From Harriotta raleighana (Eukaryota), in contig JBNZDD010013721.1 in the NCBI GenBank assembly GCA_050575255.1, forward strand, positions 9,574,566 to 9,638,565: DNA of 64,000 nt. The letters are read 5' to 3'. A model generated the notes under the pieces. It searched no databases and was not told the DNA's origin. It worked only from the letters and a program-made list of their open reading frames with translations. A program made the translations under genes and the position numbers. This document shows positions 50,751 to 63,794 of this stretch, in pieces (the first letter of the stretch is position 1; each line of letters starts with the position of its first letter).

Positions 50751-52534
50751 AGAGAGTTCCTTCTGGGTTTTTAACGATCGTCGAGCCAGGCAGCCAGTAT
50801 CCTTCTTGTGCCATGTGATGGTCAACATCAATGCGGTTTTCATCTTCTGTAACATGTTAGTCTGCTAGATGCCTTGGGTATTAGTCATCCATTTCCAAAT
50901 CAATTAGTTCAGCAGCAACTGCACTGGGACAGAGAAAAATAGCTCAATATGCCAATTTTCCCTTGACCACTTAGCAACAGCAGCAAGCACAAGGTAACTG
51001 AACTGGGAGCTTTCCAAACATCTTGGCAGAAATCGACTGTGTCTTTTTTTTGTGTGCATCTCCAGAGACTTACAGGTCATGTTCTGTTTGATGAAAAAAA
51101 AAGTTTGATGAATGTGCAAGACTTCAGGGTAAATGTGACCCTGCCATTGTCGAAAAACAAGACTTCATAAAGACTGAAGCATTTTAACTGATATATATTA
51201 TAAAATCCTATAATGATTGGATCCAGGCTTACCAAAGCCCATTGCATTACATTTGCGGTTGATGATTATTCCTTGGCTATCATTCACTGCTTTGACTTAT
51301 TCTGTTTCCTTTCAAGTGATGATGAATACAACTTGAAGACTTGGGCTATGATTTCAGTGTTATACTTTTTAACTTGAGTATAACTTCACACAATGTGTTA
51401 CTCAAGCTAACAAGATAAGATTCTGAATGCTACATTCATTATTAACATTGTGTAGATGATGGTACAGAGCAACCAGAAATGTACCCAATCTTCACAGGGT
51501 ATTTATTCACCACAAAATTGATGTAATCTGCGGGACTGAAATAAATATTGACTCCAGGGGAATGGTTTTACAATCAGATAATACAGAAAAGTATACAGCT
51601 TCTTTGTTTGGAAAAGTAACACAAGAAAACGCACAAACATGTCAATAGCCACAACCTAGAAAATGGTTTACAGCTAGGCAAATTTACAGCGTTTCACGCA
51701 AGCTCTTTGAAGTATCAAAGTTATGGATTCTGCAAGATCACGTTGCCTGTCTGCATGTTGCATGGAAACTGTTCGGAAAGATATTTTAAAAATAGATCCT
51801 TTATTGTTTAATTGACAGTAACTAGTTATTATCTTTCACTGTTTCTGTACACGGAGCTAACAAGATTTGAGTTTAGAAGAAAGAACAAAGATAAAATCTT
51901 TGATGTGTCTCTTATGTTTACAGGGAGGACTAAATCCTGGAGAGCCATATTTTTCAGCTNAAAATCTTATGTTTACAGGGAGGACTAAATCCTGGAGAGC
52001 CATATTTTTCAGCTTTGTAAATAACAAATAAAAACTCTTATCTAATCAATATCTCAAGCAATGTTCACACACATGTATTTTTGGCACAGCAATTAATGCA
52101 AGTGTTTTGAGACATTGACTGTTAGAAGCACCAGATCAAATGCAAGAATTATTATGAAATATGAATAGAAATTGATGTATGAAAGCAATATTCAGTTGGG
52201 ATGAAAAATACTTGTGACCAGCTTTACTTATGGCCTAGTACCCTGTTGCACTAGTCATCAATGCATTCATTTGCAGACTGGATAAACAATATACTGTGGC
52301 TCAAGCCAGCTTAAGGCACACAAAAAATGGCCCAAATCATAAGCAGTCTTTAGTCATGAACTGGCATTGATGTCTTTATATATCATTTGTAAAGTAAAAC
52401 CATTGAGACTTATCATTAAGAGTGACATGAAACGTACCATATCAACCTTTGCACCTCTCCATTTTAGAACGGCATTGACTCACACAGATCCCAGATTTGG
52501 ACCCACAGACCAGGGGTCAAGTGCGCCTGGGACG

Positions 52535-53083
52535 TTACCCCAAATGCAGCCGAAAACCTTGTGCATGCGTTTGTCCCCTCCCGCTTGGATTACTCCACAC
52601 TCCTCGCTGGTCTCCCCATTCGATAGATCCAGCTGTTACAGAACTCTGGCCTGCATACTGACCCGACCAAACTCCATACCCACATCTCACGAGTTGTGGC
52701 TCCACTGGCTTCCCATCAACCTCAAGGTCCTCACACTCATGCTCAAATCCACTCAATCCCTGTCACCTCCGCATCCTCCACCCCACCATCGGAGTTTGCG
52801 CTTTCACCCACTACGCCCCAAACCTCTGGAACTCTCTCCCTCAATCCCTCCACTTTGCCCTTTCTCTCCTCCTTTCCAAGTCATGCCTGAAAACTACTTT
52901 CCTCTTCGACCATGCTTATGGCCATCTCTCCCCACCTCCTGGCTCAGAGTCCGGCTCCGCCATTGTTAAGCGCTTTGAAAGGCTACCCATGCACCTCAAG
53001 TGCAAGTTAATGTTGTTTAACATCTTTCCGACTTGAAGGGCGAGATAATACAAGCGTAATTTATTGTTGTTGTTGTTGTTGTT
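52535..53083 (+). mobile_element. L2 LINE 3' fragment (ORF2 C-terminus, UTR and (TTG)n tail)
   Basis: Frame-broken AENLVHAFVPSRLDYSTLLAGLP / QLLQNS / LHWLPINLKVLTL / PKPLELSP, matching L2 LVHAFVTSRLDY..LLxGLP..LHWLP..LWNSLP. Confidence 0.92.
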
Positions 53084-53084
53084 T

Positions 53085-53220
53085 GCTCCCTGTTCTGTGA
53101 TGATCGAGCTGATCACACCAAGGGCAATGGTAAACATACATAGTTCCCCTGGGTTAGGAAAAGGAGAATAATAATAGCTGGATTCCAACTCCCAAGTCAT
53201 GCAGTGATGCCCTTGCACTC
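53085..53220 (+). mobile_element. AmnSINE2-like fragment
   Basis: tctgtgatgatcgagctgatcac...cccctgggttagga...cagtgatgccc. Confidence 0.4.
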
Positions 53221-53756
53221 AATTTAACTGGCAGTAAATCATGAGAAACTCCCTTCTCTTTCCGAATCGGGTCACGAAACCGTTAACATCCACCCAAACA
53301 GGCTGACAGCACATTTTTAAAATCCCAATTTAAAAAAGATGCCATGGATCATCTTAGATTAGAATTTTTAAAAAATTTAAATTCGTAATCAAACCACAAC
53401 AAATGTTGTAAGCTCAGCCCAAATTACAAGTGGTTTAAAAAAAAACTTGTGACATTTCTCCAAGGAACAGTTCAAAGCTGACTATGAACCATGATATCAG
53501 TTAACATTTGAAGCCAGCGAGTATGAAAAGAGAAGCCCACAGAGGACTAAACCTCTGGTGAGCAGCGGGGCTGGGGTATATTACTTCAAAAGCAAAGGGC
53601 AGTATGGTCAGACACAAAAGGTAAAAGGTCAGCAACGTTGAACAAATACCACAGGCCAGCAACACACTTGGGACACATCTTAGAAAGAAGTAAAATGAAA
53701 CCCAGAGTAACCTTGTCGAAACCCGGTCCACCAGAAGCCCATGTTGTAAGGCAAGA

Positions 53757-54055
53757 CTCATACAGCGCTTTTCATGTCTTCTCGACTGTATCTCAAAACG
53801 CTTCACAGAATAGACTGTAAAGTGAATTGATTGTATATTTGTCGGGCGAAACACGGCAGCCAATTTCGCACAGCAGTGAACCCCAATCGTGGATTGAAAT
53901 GACCAATTTTAATATTGTGGTTCTTTCGGAGGGATTATTTATTGGGCGTGTGGAGTAAGTAAACTTGCCCAAGGTTTCGCCCTGACCTGCCTGGTTTCGA
54001 ACACAGGTCTCACACTTGCAAAGACAAGTGCTCTAACCACTCAGCTACAGGACTC
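53757..54055 (-). mobile_element. Full-length tRNA-derived SINE (short variant)
   Basis: Minus-strand head gagtcctgtagctgagtggttagagcac...gtgttcgaaacc, ccttgggcaagtttacttactccacacgcc, standard tail. Confidence 0.92.
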
Positions 54056-54196
54056 GAATCAAATCAACCAGAGAACCTTAGGCTGTGAGCCAGACAATAT
54101 ATGAATGTTTCTATTACAGAATCCGGTTAATGATTTGCTCAAGTTGGCGATTGCAATCCAATTTTATTTTATTTTTTTAAAAAAGGGGACTTGTTA

Positions 54197-54425
54197 GAAC
54201 AGGAAATAGTGCTGCTGTGCAGCAAGGCAGTCAGCATCTGAAAGAGAAAGATAGATTCGCATTTGGGTGATGACCCTTCATCAAAGCTGGAGCTGTTAGA
54301 CTGATGAAGCGCTGATGATGGTCCACGTGAGAAACATTAACCGAGCTTCCTCTATCACAGACTGATTGCATATGGTGCACTTTCCGTTTCTCTTGCAGAT
54401 TTCCAGCGTTCATAGTTTTCCGCTT
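54197..54425. mobile_element. Head-to-head pair of Penelope-like terminal repeats with hammerhead-core remnants
   Basis: Minus arm: ttgatga-a-gggt-catc-accc-aaa...tctctttcagatgctg. Plus arm: ctgatga-tggtccacgtga-gaaac-attaac...cagatttccagc. Confidence 0.65.
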
Positions 54426-54689
54426 CTACCTCCAGTCATTTGTGAATGTTTCTTTCAAACACTAAAAAAAAAACATTTTGAAATTGGTAAAAGATGAGGC
54501 TGATCCTCAACGTGTCGGTATCCAAACTGATAGAATTGCTGAGGTCAAATAGTATTGTTTTCTCGGTATCGGGGTCTAATATCCATTTTTCTCTAACTGG
54601 ATTCCTTATTCACATATTCGATCCATTTTATAGTATACTGTATCCACTTTCATGCTTCTTAATGATGTGATTAGGCACTAATTCAAATG

Positions 54690-54785
54690 CAAGGATATAC
54701 AGTCAATTCACTTTACAGTATATTCTGTGAAATGCTTTGAGATGTCTTGAAGATAAGGGGCTACATCAAATGCACTGATTATTAG
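54690..54785 (+). mobile_element. SINE 3' tail
   Basis: atatacagtcaattcactttacagtatattctgtgaaatgctttgagatg. Confidence 0.88.
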
Positions 54786-57700
54786 CATCACTGAAATGAC
54801 ACCCTGCTGACTCAAGGGATCTCCTATTGATTTGACATTTGCAACATATACTCAATTAGCAGGAGTCCCCACTCTGTTTTCTTCTTAAAGAATCTCTTTA
54901 GAAACCATCTGAGAGAACTCTCGAACACTTCAACCCAAATGTCTTTATCAAGAGCGGTCCAGAAATGCTTTTCTTCCTCTAACAAATAGAGGGTGGACAG
55001 CTGCAACCTGTGGTGTCTGTGTGTTTGGGGCTGAGTCGGGATTGATTTTCAGCAGTTCACAGACTGAAAGAGAGGATGCCTTGCTGTGGGAGAGAGAAAC
55101 ACCATCAAAGTCAACTGCCCCTGTTTCAAGTAGACCTCTTGCCAATTGCTTAGATAATAACAATGATAAAAGTTATGGAAAATTGAACATGGAGAATGGT
55201 TACCAGAATGAACAATACTTCTCCGTTGAAGAAGTCTGTACCGTGCCTGGTTCCCACGAAGAGAAAACAAAGGACAAGCATTAAGTGTATCATCACAAAT
55301 TATGTCCTTATTCTTGTGACTCATAGCATTGCAGAACCAGGAAGAAATACTGTAGAACACTTCGTCTCACACAAAGTTATACTTGTTGTTTTACCAGTTC
55401 ACTTTTTAGTTGACTCCGCACATTGAATTTTATTCATCAGGGCAGATCATTGGGAATTGAATTCCAACAAAATTCTTTTAAATTTAAAAGCCCCAGAGTC
55501 TGGGAATATCATTTCAAAGCTGAACAATGACATTTCAAAGGTAATTTATTTTTGCCGCCTTACAATGCCACATTATTTTACTCTAAAGATTTCTAGATGT
55601 GTTATATCTTTTGTTGACCTCTGAAAAGCTTGAGCACAAAGCCTACATGAAGTCTAACATGGGAGAGAATGCTCTTCAATTTACTTCAGTTCTGTTCGGA
55701 TATAATTTTGAACCATGTCAGAGATGAGAGGTACAGTAAAAAACGATTGTTTGCTATTTGAGAATTACTTTGTACTTTTCCGTTGACATTTTTAAGAAAT
55801 TGCATGGAATGTTTTGAGAATGTCAAAGTATTAAAACACAAGAATGCACTTAAGCTTGTACCAGTCTCTTTGTCATTGCTTTTCTTTTTCAAAATGTGTA
55901 TTAATGAGTGGAGGGTAAATTGAGAATTGCAGCAAAACATAATAAATTCCTTTGTAATAAGTATCTACTCGGCCTTTATCAGTGACTGTTTCTCACAACA
56001 GGACAATTGATTTTTTTAATGTAGCATTAAATAAATTTAATGAGTTACACTGGAAAAAAATAGTTTTGTTAAAATTTCAAATGACTACTCAAAGGCTTAT
56101 CCTGTCATAGTAAAAGGGATAATTTTCAATCTTGTATTGATGATTTCAATTTTCTACCTTTTCTTTGTAAAATTTTGTTCCATCCCCATAAGCTGTAAAG
56201 CGAAACTTTTCAAAACACGTGGCCCCACCCCCACACATACACACTCACACACACATGTGCGTGTATGAATGAGATTTTTTTTATTAAAAAGAATTACAGC
56301 GGGGAAAGACAAACTATAGGTTGGGGAATGTCACTTTGGTCGCCAAAAAAGCAAAGCAACTGGGATAATCAGAGCCAACACTAGATATTGCATCTGGATA
56401 TTTGGAATCTGAAACTGTATCCCAGCCCTGATAATTGTGGGTCCATCGGAGAATATTTGATTAGTGCCATGGGATCTTTAACATCCACCTGAAGTTTTTA
56501 AAACGTGCCTTTATGAATATTGGCTGAAGATGAAAGTAAAGGCAAAGTAAAATTTTGAAGGTACGATTGAATTTAGATGTAATAGTTTCAATGTTTGAAT
56601 TGTCGAACTTGAACTTGCTTTTCAAATCTACTTACACAACCTGCACACATAGCGAGATCCAAGGAGGAACTAATGGGCAATGATCAGGAAGAAAATAATA
56701 ATAGTTTGCGCGATAAATAACAACTTTTACCTTCTGTTTGAGGCAGTGGGGAAGCAGAGATAGAAGCCGAGACTTTCAAATTTAAGTATTTAACATTTCC
56801 AATAATCAAGTTTTCTACAACATTAATTTAGTCAAAGTAAGATTTTTTATTTTTTTCCCAAAGTTCTAAAAATATAACTGTTTGTGTGTGGAGGGGTGCT
56901 CTGTTTTGAATTTATACGTTTGTTTATAAAGTCATATTGTATTAAAACATATTGTGATATTCAGTAGAGGAATATGTCATTAAAGTAATTACATAAACTG
57001 AACTCATATTAAATTCACTGCAATGATTAAAAATGAGCAAATTATTTTGAAACTAACTCATTTTAGAGTCATTTGCGGGTTCTGCCCTAATGTTTGTGCT
57101 AAAATAATTAATTTGACTTCATTACGCTAGGAATGTAGCCTTATGGCTGTTTTTGTAATTCAGTAATTAAAGAACCTAAATCGCACAAACTATCCTGTGT
57201 TTGATTAGAGACTGGTTGGAAAATACATTGGGTGCTTCAAATCTGATTTAATCTGGATTAATGCTCGCCCAATGAGTGATTGTCGTGTCCTAATACTGTA
57301 TATCAGTTTAACACAGCAGCATTACTTAAAGTGTTTGATAGTTTATGAGAAAGCTGAACACAACTGCGTAGTTAGTGCTACAATATCAGTCAAGATAGCG
57401 TACTGTAGAGTAGAACATTCATTCGCTTTCACACTCAGTGTGACATTGGATTCGCCAGTTTATGAAACAGTGCTGCGAAAATGAAGTTGCACGTTTGATC
57501 TTGGCACCTATGGAAGTAAAGATCTGTGTGTTCTGTTACCTTGAAAGTGGGATGCTATTTAAGGTGCGGTGCGATCCCCACAGGTTTCAGCAATGATAAA
57601 ACGGAGACCGCATTCATCTGAGAGGCTCGTCTGTCGAGTGAGCAGGGCACAGAGCGTGAAAGCATTGCTGTGCTGCTGGGCCTTGGAGATGTTAATAGCG

Positions 57701-60700
57701 ATAGACTGAAGGTGATGGAATAGTGGAGATATGGGGTGCTGCGGGTGGGGGCATCTGAATGTTCTGTAGATTTCGCTTAATTATCTTTGAGGTTCTGGGT
57801 GGATCTACCCAAGAAATAGCGTGAACAAACTGAGATCCGTGAGGGAATAGATATTTGTAATCACTGGAGAAGAAATAACCGTAATGGACCTTTTCTCATT
57901 CCGGGAGTTTCAACCATTCTTCCTCATCTTGACTCAGCAGCCCATTTTACCTTCATGTTTAATACGATGCAGAATCAGGGAAACTCCACCAATTTAAAAA
58001 GTGCAAAGCAAGTTCTGGATTCAAACTGAATTGAAGAGTTTTCCTCAATTGTGAGCAATCTGAAATACGAAAACAAAATACTCATGGACGTGCTCAGACG
58101 AGGTGGAATCTCAGGCTTCCAATCCTTTGTTAAGGGACCATTTCAGGCCATAGAAGTCAAACAAAACCATTAACTAGAGCCTACAAAGCATTAACATTCA
58201 GAAATCATTGTCTGCTTATCTGTACTGCCACGTGGAGTAGCAGGATGTGGAGTCGAGCAGCTGTCCCGGAAACTGAAAGGAAACAAAAGGAAATTTCTAA
58301 ACAAGCTGAGAAAATCAGACCACCATTGAAACTGAAATAATGTCACTGACTATTCCTGTTCTCATCTCGACGTCTTTCATTTTCTCCCCGGCTTTCTCTG
58401 TATTCACACCAGCTTTTACATGATGAATTCAAACCACAAAGAAAGCTTTATTTTTACGATTAAACAACAAACTGCAAGACTTACTTTCGACTGCCAAGGG
58501 CAAAGTGAGATCACCGATCAGGTGTCCTGGAAGCAAATTGTAAGAGGAACAATGATTGTAAGAGGGTATTTCAATTGGGGAGTCTTCAAGAGGAAAACAG
58601 TGAAATTATGTCAATGCTCATCTGAAAGACTCTGTGGGGGCAGAGGAGCTAAAGGATAGCCAGTTGAAATGTTGTATAAAGGGATCTGTCTGGTAAGAAC
58701 ATTTTAAAATCCAAGGCTCAAACTCCAACATAGAGAAGAGTATCAAACCTTGTCTGGCTGTACTAAATCCACGACACACTGGATTGCCTCTCATCCACCA
58801 GTATTTCAGCAGAGAACAGTTCTCACACAATATCATGCTTGTATGAATAGACTTCTCAAAGAAATAGCAGAGTAGTTGATTTTTGTTGGCTAGGGACTTG
58901 GGCAAATGGCTCTGAACAAGATATGAGAGATAAGCATGCAGCCAATGATCTCGGCCATCAAATTTGTCCTTTAATGTTTTTCTTTCTTAAATTATATTAT
59001 AAATTATAAATGTCTTTATTTTACAAAATTCACTGAATTACTCTTATCTCTTCTTTTGCAATTGTACCTGCCCTAAATCTCGTTGCCATTATTTGTGAAT
59101 ATTTTCTCATCTTTTCTAGATTCCTATGTCTTTGTTCAATTCATTCTGGGTGCTTTAAGTTGACAGCTGTGACCTTTAATCTAAGGGTTTGTGCTCAAAG
59201 GGTTGTTGTTTCCCACAAAGAAGCACTGGAATTTTTGTGACTCATTAAAATTGTTCAAAAAGCACCCAGCCACCAAATTAGTCTAACAAATCACAATGCC
59301 AAACACATCACAAACATCATGATGTGAAACCAACACAGAAATGCAATGTGCAAAAACCTTGAATAATGAAAAGATGAATTTGAAATCACAAACATCTTCA
59401 GATTGATCTCTCTCACTCTCAGTCTCTCTTTTCCTTTCTCTCACACCTACAAGCAGAATTTTAATCTTTTACCATACAGCAATTATTTAGCGCAAATGCA
59501 GTTTCATAATGATTAATACAGTATATCCCAAGTTTATTATAATATATCAGAAATTGCAAGTCATCTTCCAATTCCATATACTGGTAATGAGCATTTCTTT
59601 AGTCACTGAAGCATGCGTTCTTTGTTTTAACACTTGACCTGATATCTTGGTGTATGAATATTGGGAGAATAAAATGCCTATAAAGTTCAGAATTGCAGAT
59701 TGTGAAACTTTTGAACTCTACCATGAATTTAATGTAAATTTTGCAACCTTTGTCACCCATGGTACTCAATATTGCAGTGAGACTGTTTGAAGCCAAAGTT
59801 GACCGAAACTCAACAGATTTAAGTAAATCAAATTAGATTCAAATAGAGATAATGCAAATGGATTTGAAGTTGAATATTAGTTTCAGCACATTTCTGCCTT
59901 CACTGTTGGAACCTGAACTCTAATTATGTCACTTTGGTGGCACTTCAGTGAAAGACAAGTTTTACATTGGAATAGGCTTTCAATCTTCAGCCATTACAGG
60001 ATGCTGATCATTAGAGCCATTCTCATGCAAACCAGTTAATGGGCACCTTAATAAGAATGTTCATCTGAAGAGAGCGTTAGATCAGGTACCAATTAATGCT
60101 CCATACACGTTACAGTGTTTCTCTTAATGGAAACTATTGGATGAATGTCATTTATTTTTCCTAAAATAGAATCGTTTCCATTAAAAAGCTTAGGCTGCAT
60201 TTATAACCAATATGCAAATGATGGTGACTAAGAAATAGCTTAACACTGATTACAAGGTTTATGATTAATAATCAATAAGATTAAATATTTGACAAATCCT
60301 TCTGGCAGCTCCAATTAACGTGGGATGTTAATCTCTCTGGATTAAACCAGCATGCAATAAAATTGAGGAATTTTAAAGGGATTATGGCATTTAAATGAGA
60401 TAACCATTTGGGATTTTATGGGTTTTAGCAAAAATGGATTCTGCAAGGCTGTTTGACAACGCGATGTATAATTATGGATATGTATAGTTCATTCATTTAT
60501 CTTATCATTTTAGTCCTTCGCTAAAATAAAGGTAGATACCAAATTGCTTTAATGAGCACACAATGCTGAGAGCAACTATTGAGAGTGACAAGGATTTACA
60601 TAAGAATGGCATTCTGTTCAGTGAAGGCAAATTTATTTTCACTTCACTCACAGCACCAGATGATACAGAGTAACACCATACCTGTAACTTTTGTTGTTTA

Positions 60701-61049
60701 AATTTCAGATTCCCGTTAATAGCTATTCATGTTCCAGTCCCTGATTCAGTAGCATTATAAGACAAATCAGTTCTTTGCTTCAAGCACGGCGGCATTTGGG
60801 TGTCAGTCAATGCTTTTCTGACAAACAGCTTTTACAAATACCAGCTCTTAACACATTCACTTCCTAAACATTCAGTGGTAGAATTTCCACCCGGATCCAA
60901 TAATGTAACATTTCGGAGTGTCCAGTATTTGTCAAATTCTCAAATAAAGTCTGTAATTTTTAAGCCATTTTTAAATTACATTTTTTTTCCATTTTCTACA
61001 AATTACAAAAAAAAACTAACTAACTAAATACATACATACATAAATTTGT

Positions 61050-61210
61050 TGCTCAATCCACGAACTGCTTGTGGGCACTGCTGTGAGCAATTGATTGCTG
61101 TATTTTGCCCACCATATATACAGTCAAATTCACTTTACACTGTGAAGCATTTTGACACATCTCAAAGTCATGATAAGGTTCAATATCAAATGCAAGGATT
61201 ACTATTATTA
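61050..61210 (+). mobile_element. SINE 3' half
   Basis: tcaatccacgaactgcttgtgggcactgctgtg...atcaaatgcaaggatt. Confidence 0.88.
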
Positions 61211-61749
61211 CAGAAACAGCTTTCAAAGTTAAATCTGAATTCAACAATTTGACGAATTCCGCACACTCTGCACGCCAGGTAATATTGTACCTCAACAGTA
61301 AACATTGCAGTGTTTGCCTCATAGTCAGTTTCTCCTGCCGCCAGCTGTGTTTACGTTGACGAGTAATATTCAGCAGCCAGTGCAGTGGATGGAATTCACC
61401 CGATTTAAACCGCAGGGCAGATTCCACACTACTGGTGGCAATAGACGCATGATTGCACATATGTATTTGTTCAAAAAGTCACATTTGCTGCTTTACTTCT
61501 GGCAGTCAGGTTTCCTCTAGAGTATAGGCCTGCATGGCAAAGGCAGCTTGGGTTACCATCCACCAAAGGAAATGTGCGTTAAGCATGCTTCCTCTGGCAA
61601 GTCATTGTATCAATGGGATGTAGAATATACTAATTGATAATACATTTGGTGTGATAACCAAATTGCTGGTCATTTGGTGTTGAGTACTTCTTGCAATGAT
61701 CAGAATGCACTGGAAAAATCTGTCTGTGTCTGTCTGTCTTTGAAACCGA

Positions 61750-62021
61750 AGGGCATTTTCCTTACTCCCCCGTTTACCAGGCAGCAAGTAGGAACCTGGT
61801 TGTTAATCAATTGGTGGATTGCTTTCTGTGGTGGACAAAACTCCAAAAGAAAAATAATAATTTTGTTACTCAATCCACGACTGTTTGTGGGACGTTGAGG
61901 TGCCGCGTTTCACCCACAAAGTACACAGTCAATCCACTTTACAATATACGCTGTGGAGCACTTTGTGACCACTCCCAGACGTGATAAGGTGCAATATCAA
62001 ATGCAAGGATTATTATTATTG
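61750..62021 (+). mobile_element. tRNA-derived SINE, long variant, 5'-truncated
   Basis: ttccttactcc...gtttaccaggcagcaagtaggaacctggttgttaatc...atcaaatgcaagg(att)n. Confidence 0.88.
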
Positions 62022-63645
62022 TTTGTGACAAGATTTATACTTTAAAAAGTGAATAGCACAGAAACTCTACCTCAAGTGTTTTCCCCAAACCACCCTCTTG
62101 TTTCCACTGCAGTCTTTATATTATGGGTCTGGTGCCAATCGACGAGAGCCTGCTCCTGACACCACCTAGAGGTAGTTGTTTTAGGAGCAGTGCTATTTCC
62201 CTTGCTGTAGTACGAATGGACGGACAAAGAACTTTCATCTGATTCTTGTTTAATGTTACTTTTTTTAAAAAAACATATGTTTTCACATCAGGGGGACATC
62301 TCACAACGATTATAGCATATAACTTGATAGTGATATACTGTAAAGTGAAGTGAGTGACTGTCTGTTTTGTGGACACAATAGCTTGTTGTGTAATAGGACT
62401 AAATTACACTCACCTGGTTTCCGTGTTCTACAAATGAATGATGTTATGAATACACAGGAATTAGGTCTTTCTTTTGCTACCGAGAAATCAAGCTTCCTGC
62501 TCCACAGCACATCACTGCTGAAGGCAAATCAACTTTGCTGCAAGAGGTATAAACACATCAACAAACATGTTATTTATTGAAACTACAATTGCTTTAGACA
62601 ACACCCTTGATAACACTGAAAAACATTACATTTCAGATGAGTTAATTATAAATGTACAGTAATAAGTTTCCCTCTAATTTTGACAGTTTGGAGCTGATTA
62701 GAGTTCAGTTTTAGCACTACATCTGTACATTGCAAGATTACTTGCTTCATGTATGGTTTCACTGCACTACAGTAAATACTCAATGGTCGGAAGAATGAAT
62801 GAATTATATGAAATCTGCATTATTTCACAATGTGTTCCTTTCAATAATTAGAATGAGGAACACATTGTGAAATGCAGCAAATTTCACCCTAATATTTTTT
62901 CCGAACCAAATGGATCTAGTATGTCTGTGCCTTTAGGGTGTAGGAACCATATGACTACAAACCAAACCAAATCAAATCTCTTGTTATTATTAAGTATGAG
63001 ATCTGCCTGTTGTACTCTCCAACACACATCCTGGAAAATGGAAAATATAAATCCTTGCATTTACTATTATTATTATTATAAAATGGAAACATACACTTTC
63101 CATTCAAACACCAGTGCCTTCGGATTTTTTTTTCTGACTTAATTCAATTTGGTCCATTTCCATTCAGAATTCCAGTATCCTGATGGATATTTCCCAAATG
63201 GTATGCATTGAACTTGGCAGGCTGAAGCATGGTTCCTGTGTTTCAGTTCATGCTTGAGAATGGACCCAGAAGTGAGCTGCCAACTCAACATGAAACTGAA
63301 TCAAGTTTTGTTTAATCGATCAAAATTCAGTGTGAAGCCATGGCTGCCAGTGGTGGCTTTTTAATTCAGTGTTGCTGCTAATTTACTGACAACCCAAGTT
63401 GGTTGTTCAATGTTCCTTCATCTAAAGCAATTGTTTGGATTCCCTCTAAGTAAATGGAAACTAATCCCATATGTGATGAAATCACTCACTTGAACCCTTT
63501 GGAACGAAAGAAATATAAAACAACATCAGAATGTTAATTCTAATGTAAGTTTACAATTTTATTTTCCAAAATTGCTTCCTGTGATTAAAAACAAAATGGG
63601 TCTATCTTCTCAAGAATTTACCACAGTAACACAAAATAGGCTGGA

Positions 63646-63794
63646 GACTGTTTGTGGGATACTCTGTGCGCAATCGACTCCCACATTCCTCCCACAAATA
63701 TACAGTCAATTCACTTTACAGTATATTCTGTGAAGCGCTTTGGGACATCTAGAAGTTGTGAAAAGTGCTATATGAAATGCAAGGATTATTATTA
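63646..63794 (+). mobile_element. SINE 3' half
   Basis: gactgtttgtggga...cagtcaattcactttacagtatattctgtgaagcgctttgggac...gcaagg(att)n. Confidence 0.92.

Noticed and set aside
52367-52969. 200-aa ORF, the longest non-gap ORF
   Set aside because: A mosaic reading of frameshifted L2 ORF2, not a host gene.
54824-55426. Cluster of overlapping 60-103 aa ORFs
   Set aside because: No frame gives a recognisable protein with consistent splice sites.
58620-58905. Faint LINE RT-like words (FFEK, LVDE, GNPV, FDT) on the minus strand
   Set aside because: Too fragmentary across frames to support without a translated search.
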